From Bacillota bacterium (GTDB lineage Bacteria > Bacillota > Clostridia > Ch29): a DNA stretch of 64,000 nt. Both the position numbers and the translations under genes were made by a program. Of the stretch, positions 1 through 11,392 are shown piece after piece; positions within the stretch are counted from its first letter, which is position 1, and each line of letters begins with the position of its first letter. Location of the stretch: contig JAXGPT010000001.1 of assembly GCA_040766775.1 (NCBI GenBank), forward strand, positions 21,469-85,468. The letters run 5' to 3'. The notes beneath the pieces are model-generated. The model saw nothing but the letters and a program-made list of their open reading frames with translations. It was not told where the DNA came from and searched no databases.

Positions 1-331
1 CCTTGTATTTTCCGCCAACCAGGCGCTGCTGGCGGCGAGGGCCGGGGCGGCCTTTGTAAGCCCCTTTGTAGGCAGGATGGATGATATAGGAAACGACGGG
101 ATGGAGATAGTAAGGGATATCGTGGACATTTTCCGTATCCACGGTATAGCCTCGGAGGTTATTGCGGCAAGCATACGCCATCCCATGCACGTAACAAAAG
201 CCGCCCTTGCGGGGGCACACATTTCTACGGTACCCTTTACGGTGCTGAACGCAATGATAAAGCACCCGATGACCGACCTTGGCATAGAAAGGTTTCTGAA
301 GGACTGGAACCAAATGAAGAACAACGTATAA
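1..331 (+). CDS. transaldolase / fructose-6-phosphate aldolase family protein (C-terminal part, 5' end outside window)
   Basis: Frame open from nt 2; ...[22 protein letters not shown]... block typical of short TalC/FsaA-type aldolases; stop 329-331. Confidence 0.8.
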   Translation, partial: LVFSANQALLAARAGAAFVSPFVGRMDDIGNDGMEIVRDIVDIFRIHGIASEVIAASIRHPMHVTKAALAGAHISTVPFTVLNAMIKHPMTDLGIERFLKDWNQMKNNV

Positions 332-434
332 CAAACCCGAAGGCTTGGGACAATGACAGGCCGGATTTTTGGCGAGAAAAATCGGAAAGGACCATCAAGC
401 CGGGGGTGTACCCGGCTATTTTAAGGGGGTAATT

Positions 435-1409
435 TTGTTGGATAGGGACCTTGCGCTAAATCTGGTCAGGGTAACCGAAGCGGCAGCGCTGAGGGCTGCC
501 AAGTTCATGGGCAGGGGAGATAAGAATGCCGCCGACCAGGCGGCGGTGGACGGTATGCGAAGAATGTTCGATACCATCCACATAAACGGAGTGGTGGTTA
601 TAGGCGAAGGCGAGATGGACGAAGCCCCGATGCTGTACATTGGGGAAAGGATTGGCTGCCGGGCGAAGGATGACGTCAAGGTGGATATAGCGGTGGACCC
701 CCTTGACGGCACGTCGCTAATAGCAAAGGGCAGGCCCAATGCCATATCGGTGGTCGCCATTGCGCCGGAGGGCTGCCTGCTGCATGCACCGGACATGTAC
801 ATGGACAAACTGGCGGTAAGCGCCAAGGCAAAGGGGGCGGTCGACATTAACGCACCCCTGGAGGACAACCTGACAAATGTCGCCAAGGCGCTCAACAAGG
901 ACATTTCCGACCTGACGGTTACAATGCTGGATAGGCCGAGGCATGAAGAAATGATAGACAGGATACGGAAATTGGGGGCAAGGATAAAGCTGTTCAGCGA
1001 CGGCGACGTTGCCGCAGCGATAGCCACCGGTTTCGAGCATACCGGCGTCGACATACTGATGGGCATAGGCGGTGCGCCGGAGGGCGTTATTGCGGCGGTG
1101 GCTATGAAATGCATGGGAGGGGACTTCCAGGGCAAGCTTGTACCCTATACCGAAGAGGAAAGGGAAAGGTGCCGCAGGATGGGCATAACCGATACCAACA
1201 GGGTGCTTTACCTGGACGACCTGGTAAAGGGAGACGAAGCGTATTTTGCGGCCACCGGTGTTTCGGACGGAGAGCTTTTAAAGGGCGTGGTGTACTACGG
1301 AAACGGCAGGGCCAAAACCCATTCGGTAATAATGAGGTCGGAGACCGGTACCATAAGGTTCATAGAAGCCATTCACCAACTCGATAAAAAACCCGTATAC
1401 GCAATTTAA
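435..1409 (+). CDS. glpX: class II fructose-1,6-bisphosphatase GlpX
   Basis: LVRVTEAAALRAAKFMGRGDKNAADQAAV..., DPLDGT metal motif, full-length similarity to GlpX; start placed at TTG 435/438 behind AAGGGGG RBS (track ORF opens at 369). Confidence 0.9.
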   Translation: MLDRDLALNLVRVTEAAALRAAKFMGRGDKNAADQAAVDGMRRMFDTIHINGVVVIGEGEMDEAPMLYIGERIGCRAKDDVKVDIAVDPLDGTSLIAKGRPNAISVVAIAPEGCLLHAPDMYMDKLAVSAKAKGAVDINAPLEDNLTNVAKALNKDISDLTVTMLDRPRHEEMIDRIRKLGARIKLFSDGDVAAAIATGFEHTGVDILMGIGGAPEGVIAAVAMKCMGGDFQGKLVPYTEEERERCRRMGITDTNRVLYLDDLVKGDEAYFAATGVSDGELLKGVVYYGNGRAKTHSVIMRSETGTIRFIEAIHQLDKKPVYAI

Positions 1410-1414
1410 TTTTA

Positions 1415-1445
1415 AAACGGGGCTATAAACCGCCCCGTTTTTGTC
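1415..1445 (+). terminator. intrinsic terminator after glpX
   Basis: AAACGGGGC-N8-GCCCCGTTT stem followed by T-run. Confidence 0.75.
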
Positions 1446-1462
1446 AAAACTTCAAATAACCC

Positions 1463-1490
1463 TTGTAATGTTTGAAAAATAAAGTATAAT
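1463..1490 (+). promoter_or_regulatory. candidate sigma-A promoter for rho
   Basis: TTGTAA (1463-1468) - 16 nt - TATAAT (1485-1490), about 95 nt upstream of rho start. Confidence 0.45.
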
Positions 1491-1584
1491 ATGGTTGTGT
1501 CTAACTGCTCATCCACTTTTAATCTCATTCTGCCGATATTAACTATATAATACATTGTGCACATAAACTTGGAGGTGCTGTTTA

Positions 1585-2871
1585 TTGAACCAGTCGGAAC
1601 TGGAGAATAAGACTATTGCTGAATTAAGAACCATAGCAAAGGGGTTGAATGTAAAAAGCCCCACCACCTATAAAAAGGCTAAACTAATCGAATTAATACA
1701 GGAAAAGCAGTTGGAAAAATTAAAGGGAGAAAAAATGAAGCAGATTGCCGTCCTTGCCGAGCCGGACCTCGTGACGGGAGTGCTGGAGGTTTTGCCCGAC
1801 GGCTACGGTTTCCTTCGCTCATACAATTACCTTCCCGGGTCAGATGACGTATACGTTTCGCCTTCCCAGATAAGAAAATTTAACCTGAAAACCGGCGATT
1901 TAATCACCGGCAAAACCAGGGCGGCAAAGGACACCGAGAAGTACCAGGCCCTGTTGTTCGTGGAAGCGGTAAACGGCGACAAGCCGGAAGTTGCGGCAAA
2001 AAGGCCGGACTTTGATACGCTGACCCCCATTTACCCGAACAAAAGGTTAACCCTTGAACATTCTCCCGCGGACCTTTCAACCAGGCTTATCGATATCATT
2101 TCCCCCATAGGCAAGGGGCAGAGGGGACTCATCGTGGCGCCGCCCAAGGCGGGTAAAACAATACTGCTCCAGAAGATTGCCAACAGCATAGAAAAAAACC
2201 ATCCCGACCTTAAGGTCATTGTGCTGCTCATTGACGAGCGGCCGGAGGAAGTTACCGACATGAAAAGGAACATAAACGGCGACGTTGTTTATTCCACCTT
2301 CGACGAGGTGCCGGAGCATCACATAAGGGTTGCGGAAATGGTACTGGAGCGGGCCCAGAGGCTTGTGGAGCAAAAAAAGGACGTTATAATACTGCTGGAC
2401 AGCATAACCAGGCTGGCCAGGGCCTATAACCTAACCATACCCCCGACCGGCAGGACGCTGTCGGGAGGCCTTGACCCGGGTGCGCTGCATAAGCCCAAGA
2501 GGTTCTTCGGCGCTGCCAGGAACATAGAGGAGGGGGGCAGCCTTACCATAATGGCCACCGCCCTGATAGAGACCGGCAGCCGTATGGACGACGTCATATA
2601 CGAGGAGTTCAAGGGCACCGGAAATATGGAACTGCACCTTGACCGCAAGCTGTCCGAGCGAAGAATTTTCCCGGCCATAGACCTGAACAGGTCGGGCACG
2701 AGGAGAGAGGAAATGCTGCTTGACCAGGACGAGATGGAAGCGGTATGGCATATCAGGAAGGCGCTGGGGGCGGGGCAGACCGCCGAGGTTACCGAGTTCC
2801 TGATAGACAGGCTGACCATGACAAAAACCAACCGGCAGTTCATAGAGATGATTAAAAAGATGACATTCTAA
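1585..2871 (+). CDS. rho: transcription termination factor Rho
   Basis: Rho_N + cold-shock-like RNA-binding region ([10 protein letters not shown]), Walker A PPKAGKT, conserved C-terminal ATPase blocks; GGAGGTG RBS. Confidence 0.95.
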   Translation: MNQSELENKTIAELRTIAKGLNVKSPTTYKKAKLIELIQEKQLEKLKGEKMKQIAVLAEPDLVTGVLEVLPDGYGFLRSYNYLPGSDDVYVSPSQIRKFNLKTGDLITGKTRAAKDTEKYQALLFVEAVNGDKPEVAAKRPDFDTLTPIYPNKRLTLEHSPADLSTRLIDIISPIGKGQRGLIVAPPKAGKTILLQKIANSIEKNHPDLKVIVLLIDERPEEVTDMKRNINGDVVYSTFDEVPEHHIRVAEMVLERAQRLVEQKKDVIILLDSITRLARAYNLTIPPTGRTLSGGLDPGALHKPKRFFGAARNIEEGGSLTIMATALIETGSRMDDVIYEEFKGTGNMELHLDRKLSERRIFPAIDLNRSGTRREEMLLDQDEMEAVWHIRKALGAGQTAEVTEFLIDRLTMTKTNRQFIEMIKKMTF

Positions 2872-2906
2872 TCATGGGTAATCATGGGGACGGTTCTTTT
2901 GATTAC
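2869..2906 (+). repeat. dispersed intergenic repeat, copy A (TAATCATGGG x2 + GACGGTTCTTTTGATTA)
   Basis: Starts on the rho TAA stop codon; near-identical to copies at 10566, 45437, 58387(-), 60371. Confidence 0.8.
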
Positions 2907-2941
2907 AAAACCAGGGTGGAGATATGCCCACCAAACAAGTA

Positions 2942-2972
2942 CCCCGCCGGTAAACCGGCGGGGCTTATTTTT
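2942..2972. terminator. bidirectional terminator between rho and the convergent aminotransferase
   Basis: CCCCGCCGG-TAAA-CCGGCGGGG hairpin with T-run on + strand and A-run upstream. Confidence 0.75.
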
Positions 2973-4153
2973 ACAGCAATTCTTTCAGAGCTTCTCCCAT
3001 CCTGGTTATGCCCTCTATTATCTTGTCCTCCGGCACAACCGAGAAACTGAACCTTGCGGTGTTTTCCCGCCGCCGTTGGGATAGAAGGGGCGCCGGGGAT
3101 GTAGGCGACGTTCTTTTCCAGCACCTTCGGCATGAGCTCGGTGGTGTTTATATGCTCCGGGAACTCTACCCACAGGAACAGGCCGCCGTCGGCTATGTTT
3201 ATTTTTACCTCTTCGGGGAAGCACTTTTTCATCTGCTGTACCATTACTTCCCTTCTTCTCCTGTAAACCTCTATAAGGTCCGTTATCCTGGAGTCAAGGT
3301 CGTACATCTCCATGTACTTGTTTATCTGTCTTTGGGTTAGCGAGTTTACCTGCAGGTCCGCCCCCTGCTTTATCAGGTTGTACTTGTTAAGGATTTCACT
3401 GCCGGCGCATACCCAGCCTATCCTTAATCCCGGGGCAAGGGTCTTTGAGAAGGTGCCCAGGAATACCACCCTGTCCTGGGTGTCAAAGGATTTAATGGCC
3501 GGCTTGGGCTCTCCCGAGTACCTGAGTTCGTAATAGGGGTTGTCCTCCACTACCACGGTTTTGTACTTATTGGCCAGCTCCACCAGCTGCTTTCTTCTTT
3601 CCGTGGACCAGGACTTCCCTGTCGGGTTCTGGAAATCGGGGATGACGTAGATAAACTTTGCATTCGGGTGAGTTTTTAGAGCCTGCTCCAACTGGTCCAT
3701 AAGCATCCCCTCGTCGTCCATCGGGATGTCCACGAACTTGCACTCATAGGCCCTGAACGCGTTTATCGCCCCCAGGTAACTGGGCCTTTCGCAGATAACC
3801 ACATCCCCGGGGTCTATGAATACTTTGGCGCTGAAGTCAAGCCCCTGCTGCGAGCCGGATGTAAACAGCACGTTATCCGCCGTGATGCCCTTGATGCCAA
3901 TTCTCTCCAACCTTTCAACGACTTTTTCCCTTAGGGGACGATAGCCGTCGGTGGGGCCGTACTGCAGGGCTTTTTGCCCGTCCTCCTCCAGGACCTTGAG
4001 CGTTACTTCTTTCATTTCGTCAATGGGGAAGAATTCCGCGGCCGGCATTCCGCCTCCAAAGGAAATGACCTCCGGCCTTTCGGTAAGCTTCAACACTTCC
4101 CGTATGGTTGAAGCCCTGATATTGTTCATTCTTGCCGCGAACTTGAAAGTCAT
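2971..4153 (-). pseudogene. PLP-dependent class I/II aminotransferase (2-aminoadipate/aromatic aminotransferase-like); 3' end frameshifted as assembled
   Basis: Body intact. The last ~35 codons make sense (PGAPFYPNGGGENTARFSFSVVPEDKIIEGITRMGEALKELL*) only if one C is added near 3090 and one G near 3066 (coding strand), both in homopolymer runs. Track ORF runs on to 2903 in a wrong frame. Confidence 0.8.
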
Positions 4154-4245
4154 TATATCACCTCCGGAATTTTTGGCTGATGATACTATTATTGTAACAT
4201 TGATTACAAATTTTTGATAGATGGTAAGAAGCGTTAAAAATCCAT

Positions 4246-4274
4246 TTGCGGGGGAATAATAGTTGTGTTATAAT
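4246..4274 (+). promoter_or_regulatory. candidate promoter for rpmE operon
   Basis: TTGCGG (4246-4251) - 17 nt - TGT-TATAAT (extended -10, 4266-4274). Confidence 0.5.
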
Positions 4275-4321
4275 ACTATAGTTGAATTAGCGCAATATTG
4301 CAGAGAAAGAGGTGAACCAGC

Positions 4322-4537
4322 GTGAAGGAAGGTATCCATCCAGAATATAAAAAAGCAGTGGTACGATGCGCTTGCGGCGAGACCTTTGAAACCGGTTCAG
4401 TGAAGGAAGAACTTAGAGTGGAAATATGCTCCAAATGTCATCCCTTCTTTACAGGGCGCCAAAAGTTTGTAGATACCGGTGGCCGTGTTGACAAGTTTAA
4501 AAAGAAATACGGTTTATCCGATGATGCGGAAGCTTAA
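4322..4537 (+). CDS. rpmE: 50S ribosomal protein L31
   Basis: [11 protein letters not shown]...CxCG...[13 protein letters not shown] start behind GAGGTG RBS. Confidence 0.95.
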   Translation: MKEGIHPEYKKAVVRCACGETFETGSVKEELRVEICSKCHPFFTGRQKFVDTGGRVDKFKKKYGLSDDAEA

Positions 4538-4590
4538 ATGGCGGATATGGACTGGTGGCCGAGCCAGTCTATGTTGTATGGGGGATATAA

Positions 4591-5522
4591 ATGGCTGACA
4601 AGGAAAGGTTTGTCCTACCAGCATGCAAAGTCAGGCGGTTATCGAGGGCGTCATGATGAAAGGACCCCGCAGCTACGCCATTGCGGTAAGAAAGGCAAGC
4701 GGTGAAATACTGGTGCACCGGGAGCAGTTAAAGGGTATAGACAAAAAATACCCCATTTTCAAGCTGCCGGTTTTCAGGGGCATGTTCGCGCTCATAGATA
4801 CAATGGTGCTGGGCGTAAAGCGCTGGCCTTTTCCGCCGAGCAGGTGGATATCGAAGGCAGCATGGAGCCGTCGCGGTTTAACAAGCTCTGGAAAGGGTTT
4901 TTAAGGACAAGGCGGAGCAGGCCACCATATACTTTTCGGTGTTCCTTTCGCTGGTTCTGACGGTGGGGCTTTATAATACTTCCCACCTACCTGGTACGGT
5001 TTTCTTAAATTTGCCTCGACGATACCGTGTTCATGAACCTGGTGGAAGGCCTTTTGAGTTGAGATATTCCTGGTATACCTCTGGCGATTCAGCAGGATGA
5101 AGGACGCATCCGGAGGAGTGTTTGAATACCACGGGCGGAGCACAAGACAATACACTGTTACGAGCACGGTGAAGACGCTAAGGCGGAAAATGCCGCCCGC
5201 CATCCGCGGCTTCATCCCCGCTGCGGGATGATTTCCTGCTTATCGTGCTGGTGGTGAGCATAATAATGTTTTCCTTCATAGGCTGGCCCAACATGGCGGT
5301 GCGAATAATTACAAGGATTTTGCTGATGCCGCTGGTGGAGGCATATCCTATGGAAATAATAAAGTGGGCGGGAAGGAGCGAAGCCTGTTTGCAAAAGGTG
5401 GTCAGGTCTCCCGGTATGTTCTTGCAAGGCAACACCGCGGGAGCCGGACAGCGGCCAGCTGGAGGTGGCTATTGCCTGTATAGGGCGGTGGCCGGGGAAA
5501 AGAAGGGGTATCGCAGCAATGA
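4591..5522 (+). pseudogene. DUF1385 family membrane protein (rpmE/prmC-linked); multiple frameshifts as assembled
   Basis: QAVIEGVMMKGPRSYAIAVRK...FKLPVFRG (4623 ORF) and ...LLMPLV..YEIIKWAGR... (5245 ORF) are DUF1385 blocks lying in different frames; ends approximate. Confidence 0.65.
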
Positions 5523-6553
5523 AACAGGACACGGTAAGGGACTTGGTCAAAGGGGCTTTACAAGGCTTAAGCAGGCCGGCGTGGACGGCCCGCGGCTGGA
5601 TGCCGAGCTGCTTCTTGCCAAGGTTTTGGGGAAAGACAGGTTTTTGCATCAAGCCGGACCTTTGCCCGGAGGATGGGGCAGTGCGCGAATTTCTTTATCC
5701 TTGTCGAGCGAAGGGCCGCCGGCGACGGTACGGTATTTGACGGGGGTCCAGGGAGTTCATGGGGCTTGAATTTGCCGTAAAATCCTTCGGTGCTCATGCG
5801 GAGCCGGATACCGAAACGCTGGTGGAGGCAGTGCTGGAGCAGTTGAAAGCGTGCCGTAAAACGGGAGCGCACTGCGCGCCGCCGGCCGCCGTCTGGGGGC
5901 CGGTGCCGAGTACCTCAATTTACGGCAGCAAAACGACAACGGGGCCGTGGGCGAGGCGGCAAGCGGGAGGCGGTGCCCGGAGCCCAGCTTAAACGGTACG
6001 AAGCGGCAGGCCAGGGCCCATGGCGACACCGTCCATGGCGATACCGTCTTGCCCTTGACCTTGGTACCAGGAAGCGGCGCCATTGCGGTAAGCCTTGCAT
6101 ACTACTGCAAAGGGCTTTCAGTGAAGGCGGTGGATATTTCCGCCGAAGCGCTTCACCTTGCGCGGGAAAACGCCCTAAGGCACGGCGTGGCGGACAGGAT
6201 TGAATTCATGCAGGGAGACCTGTTTTCGCCCTTTGAGGGAACAGGAATTAAGTTTGACCTTATCGTATCAAACCCTCCCTATATTCCAGGGGAGGGCATG
6301 GGAAGGCTGCAGAGGAGGTCCGGCACGAGCCGCCGCATGCGCTGCGCAGGGGACGACGGCCTTGAGTTTTATAAAGAATAGCGGCGGGATCACCCCGGCA
6401 TATAATAAGGGGAGGAGCTGCTGGCCGTCGAGATTGGACATGACCAGGCGGAGGCGGTGCAAAGCATTTTAGGCCAAACCGGTGCCTATGCCGGTATAGA
6501 GCATGAAGGGCCTTGCCGGCAGGGACGGGGTGGTGCTGGGCACAGCCCTTTAA
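5519..6553 (+). pseudogene. prmC: peptide-chain-release-factor glutamine N5-methyltransferase PrmC; multiple frameshifts as assembled
   Basis: Fragments AGVDGPRLDAELLLAKVLGKDR, FIPRPETE-like, GSGAIAVSLA (SAM motif I), IVSNPPYIP (NPPY), GLEFYK spread over three frames. Confidence 0.75.
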
Positions 6554-6607
6554 AATTAAAACATTATTAAAACCATATACAACAGTAATGAACTGTAGAG
6601 GTGAAAA

Positions 6608-7647
6608 GTGCTGGAAAAGCTTGATTTTTCGACGGACAAATACAAGGACCGCAAGCGAATTCGATCGAAATAATAGCAAACAACGCGACTGGACTGGTAC
6701 GTTAAAGAGCACGCGGAAATCGAGCCGGTGGTCACAAAGTACCAGCAATACAAGAAAACAGTGTCCGAGCTTGCGGAAGCCAGGGAGATGCTGGAGGATG
6801 TGAAGGAAAAGGAATTGGAGGACTTGGTAAAGAGCGAGATAGCCGAGCTGTCGGACAGGAAAGGAAGCGCTGGAGGAGGAGCTTAAGGTGCTGCTTCTTC
6901 CGAAGGACCCCAACGACGAGAAAAACGTGTTCGTGGAGATCAGGGCGGGCACCGGCGGCGAAGAGGCGGCGCTGTTTGCCGGCACGCTGTTTAGGATGTA
7001 CAACAGGTATGCCGAGCGAAGGGATGGAAGGCCGAGATGATAAGCGCCAATGAGACCAATATGAGCGGTTTTTTAAAGAGTAGTCTTCATGCTGGAAGGA
7101 AAGGGCGCTTACAGCAGGCTAATACGGGTAGTGTCCACAAAGTGCGGCGAATTCCACCACCAGATCCGGGGGCAGGATACACCTCCGCCGCAACGGTGGC
7201 GGTACTGCCGGAGGCGGAAGTGGACATTGAAATAAACCCCAACGACATTAGGATTGACGCTGTTCCGGTCGTCGGGCCACGGCAGGCAGGCGTAAGCACG
7301 CGATTCCGCCATGGATAAACCCGCACTCCAACCGGGCTGGTGGTGTCCTGCCAAGACGGCGCGGCTTAAGAACAAGGAAAAGGCGCTGCGTGTTGCAGGC
7401 CCGATTGCTGAACGTGGAGACTGCCAGGCAAAACGAGGAGATCGCGCAGTCCAGGAAGAGTCAGGTAGGCTCCGGGGACAGGAGCGAGAGGATAAGGACC
7501 TACAATTACCCGCAGGGAAGGGTTACCGATCACAGGATAGGGCTTACGCTGTACCAGCTTGAAAGCTTTTTGGACGGCGACCTGGATGAGATGATAGACG
7601 CGCTAATTACCAGCGACCAGGCGGAAAAGCTGAAAAATGCCGAATAA
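6608..7647 (+). pseudogene. prfA: peptide chain release factor 1; several frameshifts as assembled
   Basis: GTG start after GAGGTG. Recognisable blocks [54 protein letters not shown]-region and intact C-terminus [32 protein letters not shown] lie in different frames. Confidence 0.85.
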
Positions 7648-7755
7648 CTATTAAAACTAAGAAATCAGCAAATAAAGCCCTGTGCTTCCCTGTGCTATTA
7701 TTGTCCGGGAGGGAATAGAATCATAACAGCGAATTCTTCTAAGGAGTGAATCCGG

Positions 7756-8493
7756 ATGAATACTGTTATCAGCTCCACCCTCCTGGGTTTTGTGGTTGGC
7801 ATTGTTGGCACCGGCGCAGGCGGTGTTGCCGCCTTCATGCTTAAAAGGCCGTCCCGACGGTTCATGGGTACCGTCCTTGGGCTGGCGGGGGGCCTTATGA
7901 TAGCCATAGTGTGTTTCGAGCTATTGCCGGAAGCCTTTGAAATGGCTGGTTTAACCACCGGCATAGCTGGTATAATATTAGGTGTGGTACTGGTTACAAT
8001 AATTGACCTGCTGGTCCCGGACAGGGATTTTACCCAAAGGAATATCCGCGACTGGGGCTATATAAGGGCGGGAATAATCCTGGGCCTGGGGATTGCCGTG
8101 CATAATTTCCCCGAGGGGCTGGCGATAGGTTCGGGGCTTGCGGTGGACCTTCGGCTGGGCTTAAGCCTTGCCCTTGCCATAGGCTTTCATAACATGCCGG
8201 AGGGACTGGCCATGGCGATGCCCATGATGATAGGCGGTTATTCCAGGGCAAGGGTTTTGGTAGCCACCGTTATAGCCGGTGTGCCCATGGGTTTTGGGGC
8301 CTTTGTGGGCATGCTGCTGGGGGAGATTTCCCCGCAGTTGGTCTCGCTATGCCTTTCCTTTGCCGGCGGGACCATGCTTTACATAACATGCGGCGAACTT
8401 ATACCAAAGTCACAAAACGTGTACCGCGGCAGGGCGTCGGCCTTTGGTATCATACTGGGAATCATAGCAGGGATAGCGCTGTCCGCCCTCTGA
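7756..8493 (+). CDS. ZIP family metal (Zn/Fe) transporter, ZupT-like
   Basis: Polytopic; paired HNFPEGLAIG / HNMPEGLAMA motifs. Confidence 0.85.
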   Translation: MNTVISSTLLGFVVGIVGTGAGGVAAFMLKRPSRRFMGTVLGLAGGLMIAIVCFELLPEAFEMAGLTTGIAGIILGVVLVTIIDLLVPDRDFTQRNIRDWGYIRAGIILGLGIAVHNFPEGLAIGSGLAVDLRLGLSLALAIGFHNMPEGLAMAMPMMIGGYSRARVLVATVIAGVPMGFGAFVGMLLGEISPQLVSLCLSFAGGTMLYITCGELIPKSQNVYRGRASAFGIILGIIAGIALSAL

Positions 8494-8539
8494 ACCGGGG
8501 CACGGTAAAAGACAGGAAAAATAGGAGGCATACTTCTTA

Positions 8540-9589
8540 ATGAATACAAGGGTTGTGAAAATTGACCCGCAAAACATAGACCATGAAGCGCTGAGGGCGG
8601 CGGGAGCCCTTATAAGGAACGGGGGCCTTGTGGCGTTCCCCACCGAAACGGTATACGGGCTGGGGGCCAACGGGCTTGACCCCGGTGCGGTAAAAAAGAT
8701 TTTCCAGGCCAAAGGCAGGCCTTCGGACAACCCGCTGATACTGCACATTTCCCGCGCCGAGGAGTTGGACAGGCTGGTGGAGGGCATACCCCCAACGGCG
8801 GAAAGGCTTATAGAAGAGTTCTGGCCGGGACCCTTAACGCTCATATTTAAAAAGTCGCCGCTGGTGCCGGAGGTTGTTACGGCGGGCCTTGACACGGTGG
8901 CCGTAAGGATGCCGTCGCATCCCGTTGCCATGAGCATGATACGTTATGCCGGGGTGCCGGTGGCGGCGCCCAGCGCCAACCTGTCCGGGAAGCCGAGCCC
9001 CACCCGGGCGGACCATGTCATAAAGGACCTCCTTGGCAAGGTGGACATGATAATAGACAGCGGCAGCGTCATGGTGGGGCTGGAATCCACCGTGGCGGAT
9101 GTAACCGGCGGCGGCGTGGTGGTGCTGCGGCCCGGCGGCATTACCCCGGAACAGCTGGGGGGGGTAGCCGGGGACGTTACGGTGGACCCGGGCCTTATTC
9201 CCGACAGTGACGCCACCATACCCAAGGCCCCCGGTATGAAATACGCCCATTATTCGCCGGATGCGCAGGTTATCATAATAGACGGGGACATGTGCAAGGC
9301 GGCGGAAAAAATAAAATTGATGGCAGAGGACCTGGAAGGGCAGGGCAAGCGGGTGGGTATAATGGCCACCGAGCAAACCAAGGCCCTGTACAGGGGCGTC
9401 CTGGTTGTATCGGTGGGGGACAGAAGGCGGCCTTACACCATAGCTGCCAACCTGTTTGCGGTTTTAAGGGAGTTTGACGCGCTGGGGGTGGACGTTATAC
9501 TGGCCGAGGGCATAGAGCGCCAAGGCGTGGGGCTGGCGGTAATGAATAGGCTCATTAAGGCCGCATCCCACAACATGGTCAGGGTATAA
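8540..9589 (+). CDS. tsaC: L-threonylcarbamoyladenylate synthase (Sua5/YwlC type, long form)
   Basis: YrdC domain (VAFPTETVYGLGAN, GRPSDNPLILH) plus Sua5 C-terminal domain. Confidence 0.9.
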   Translation: MNTRVVKIDPQNIDHEALRAAGALIRNGGLVAFPTETVYGLGANGLDPGAVKKIFQAKGRPSDNPLILHISRAEELDRLVEGIPPTAERLIEEFWPGPLTLIFKKSPLVPEVVTAGLDTVAVRMPSHPVAMSMIRYAGVPVAAPSANLSGKPSPTRADHVIKDLLGKVDMIIDSGSVMVGLESTVADVTGGGVVVLRPGGITPEQLGGVAGDVTVDPGLIPDSDATIPKAPGMKYAHYSPDAQVIIIDGDMCKAAEKIKLMAEDLEGQGKRVGIMATEQTKALYRGVLVVSVGDRRRPYTIAANLFAVLREFDALGVDVILAEGIERQGVGLAVMNRLIKAASHNMVRV

Positions 9590-9612
9590 AAAAGTATACG
9601 GGAGGTATTCGG

Positions 9613-10125
9613 GTGAAAAGCATATTGTTTGTCTGCACGGGCAATACCTGCAGGAGCAGTATGGCCGAGGCGATTTTTAAAGATATGCTGAAAAAAGCCG
9701 GGCTTAAAGCCGAGGTTTCCTCCGCGGGTACGGCGGTGTATTATGAAGGGGGCGCGTCCGAACAGGCGGTGGAGGCCATGAGGGAAAAGGGCATAGACCT
9801 GTCCGGCCACCGGTCACGGCCGGTGGGCAGGGAAGAGCTGGAGAAGGCGGACCTGGTGCTCACCATGACCCGGGCCCATAAAAGGGCGGTGCTGGATATG
9901 GCCCCGGACCTTTCGGACAAGGTTTTCACGCTCAAGGAATACGTATGCCGGGGGGAGCCGGGGGACGAAGAATGCGGGGATGGTCTCGATATAGCCGACC
10001 CCTTCGGACGGCCGGTGGAATATTACAGGGCCTGCGCCGAGGAGATTGAAAGAGCCCTGGAAAAATTGGTGGAAATGATTAAGGCCGAAGGGCCAGAAAC
10101 TAATAAGGAGGGTCCCGGGGAGTGA
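9613..10125 (+). CDS. low-molecular-weight protein arginine/tyrosine phosphatase (YwlE-like)
   Basis: CX5R P-loop [13 protein letters not shown]; DP motif; synteny with tsaC/rpiB. Confidence 0.85.
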   Translation: MKSILFVCTGNTCRSSMAEAIFKDMLKKAGLKAEVSSAGTAVYYEGGASEQAVEAMREKGIDLSGHRSRPVGREELEKADLVLTMTRAHKRAVLDMAPDLSDKVFTLKEYVCRGEPGDEECGDGLDIADPFGRPVEYYRACAEEIERALEKLVEMIKAEGPETNKEGPGE

Positions 10126-10568
10126 AAATAGCCATTGGCAGTGACCATGGAGGTTTTGAACTGAAGGAGTGTATAAAGGAGTTTTTGCAAAGCGAAGGTA
10201 TGGAATACAACGACTTTGGCACCTATGACTTAAACTCTGTGGATTACCCCGACTTTGCCGGCAAGGTTGCCTCCGCCGTTGTGTCGGGGGAGTGCGAAAG
10301 GGGAATACTGTGCTGCGGCACCGGCATTGGCATTTCCATCGCGGCGAACAAGGTGCCCGGAATCAGGGCGGCCCTGTGCGGGGACTGCTATTCCGCCAAG
10401 ATGTCCCGGATGCACAACGATGCCAACATACTGTGCATGGGCGGTCGGGTGGTGGGCAAAGGCTTGGGCGTTGAAATTGTAAAGGTTTGGCTGGAGACGG
10501 AATTTGAGGGGGGCCGCCACCAAAGGAGAATAGACAAGATTCTCGATATTGAACGCAATCACAGGTAA
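10122..10568 (+). CDS. rpiB: ribose-5-phosphate isomerase B
   Basis: [11 protein letters not shown]...[20 protein letters not shown]; 4-nt overlap with the upstream gene. Confidence 0.92.
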   Translation: MKIAIGSDHGGFELKECIKEFLQSEGMEYNDFGTYDLNSVDYPDFAGKVASAVVSGECERGILCCGTGIGISIAANKVPGIRAALCGDCYSAKMSRMHNDANILCMGGRVVGKGLGVEIVKVWLETEFEGGRHQRRIDKILDIERNHR

Positions 10569-10601
10569 TCATGGTAATCACAGGGACGGTTCTTTTGATT
10601 A
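10566..10601 (+). repeat. dispersed intergenic repeat, copy B
   Basis: TAATCATGGTAATCACAGGGACGGTTCTTTTGATTA, begins on the rpiB TAA stop. Confidence 0.8.
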
Positions 10602-10602
10602 G

Positions 10603-11289
<687 letters not shown>

Positions 11290-11392
11290 AGGAAAAATTA
11301 AATTTTGTTTACAATTTGTGCCTCCGTGTTGACAGTCTTGTCCTGTTGCTCTAGAATTAACAATAGGACTGATATTGAGGGGGCACATTCAA

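Noticed and set aside
6608-7647. Programmed ribosomal frameshifting in the release-factor gene
   Set aside because: Programmed +1 frameshifting is a feature of prfB (RF2), not prfA. Here there are several breaks in both directions with no shift-site logic, and the same kind of break occurs in about two dozen unrelated genes.
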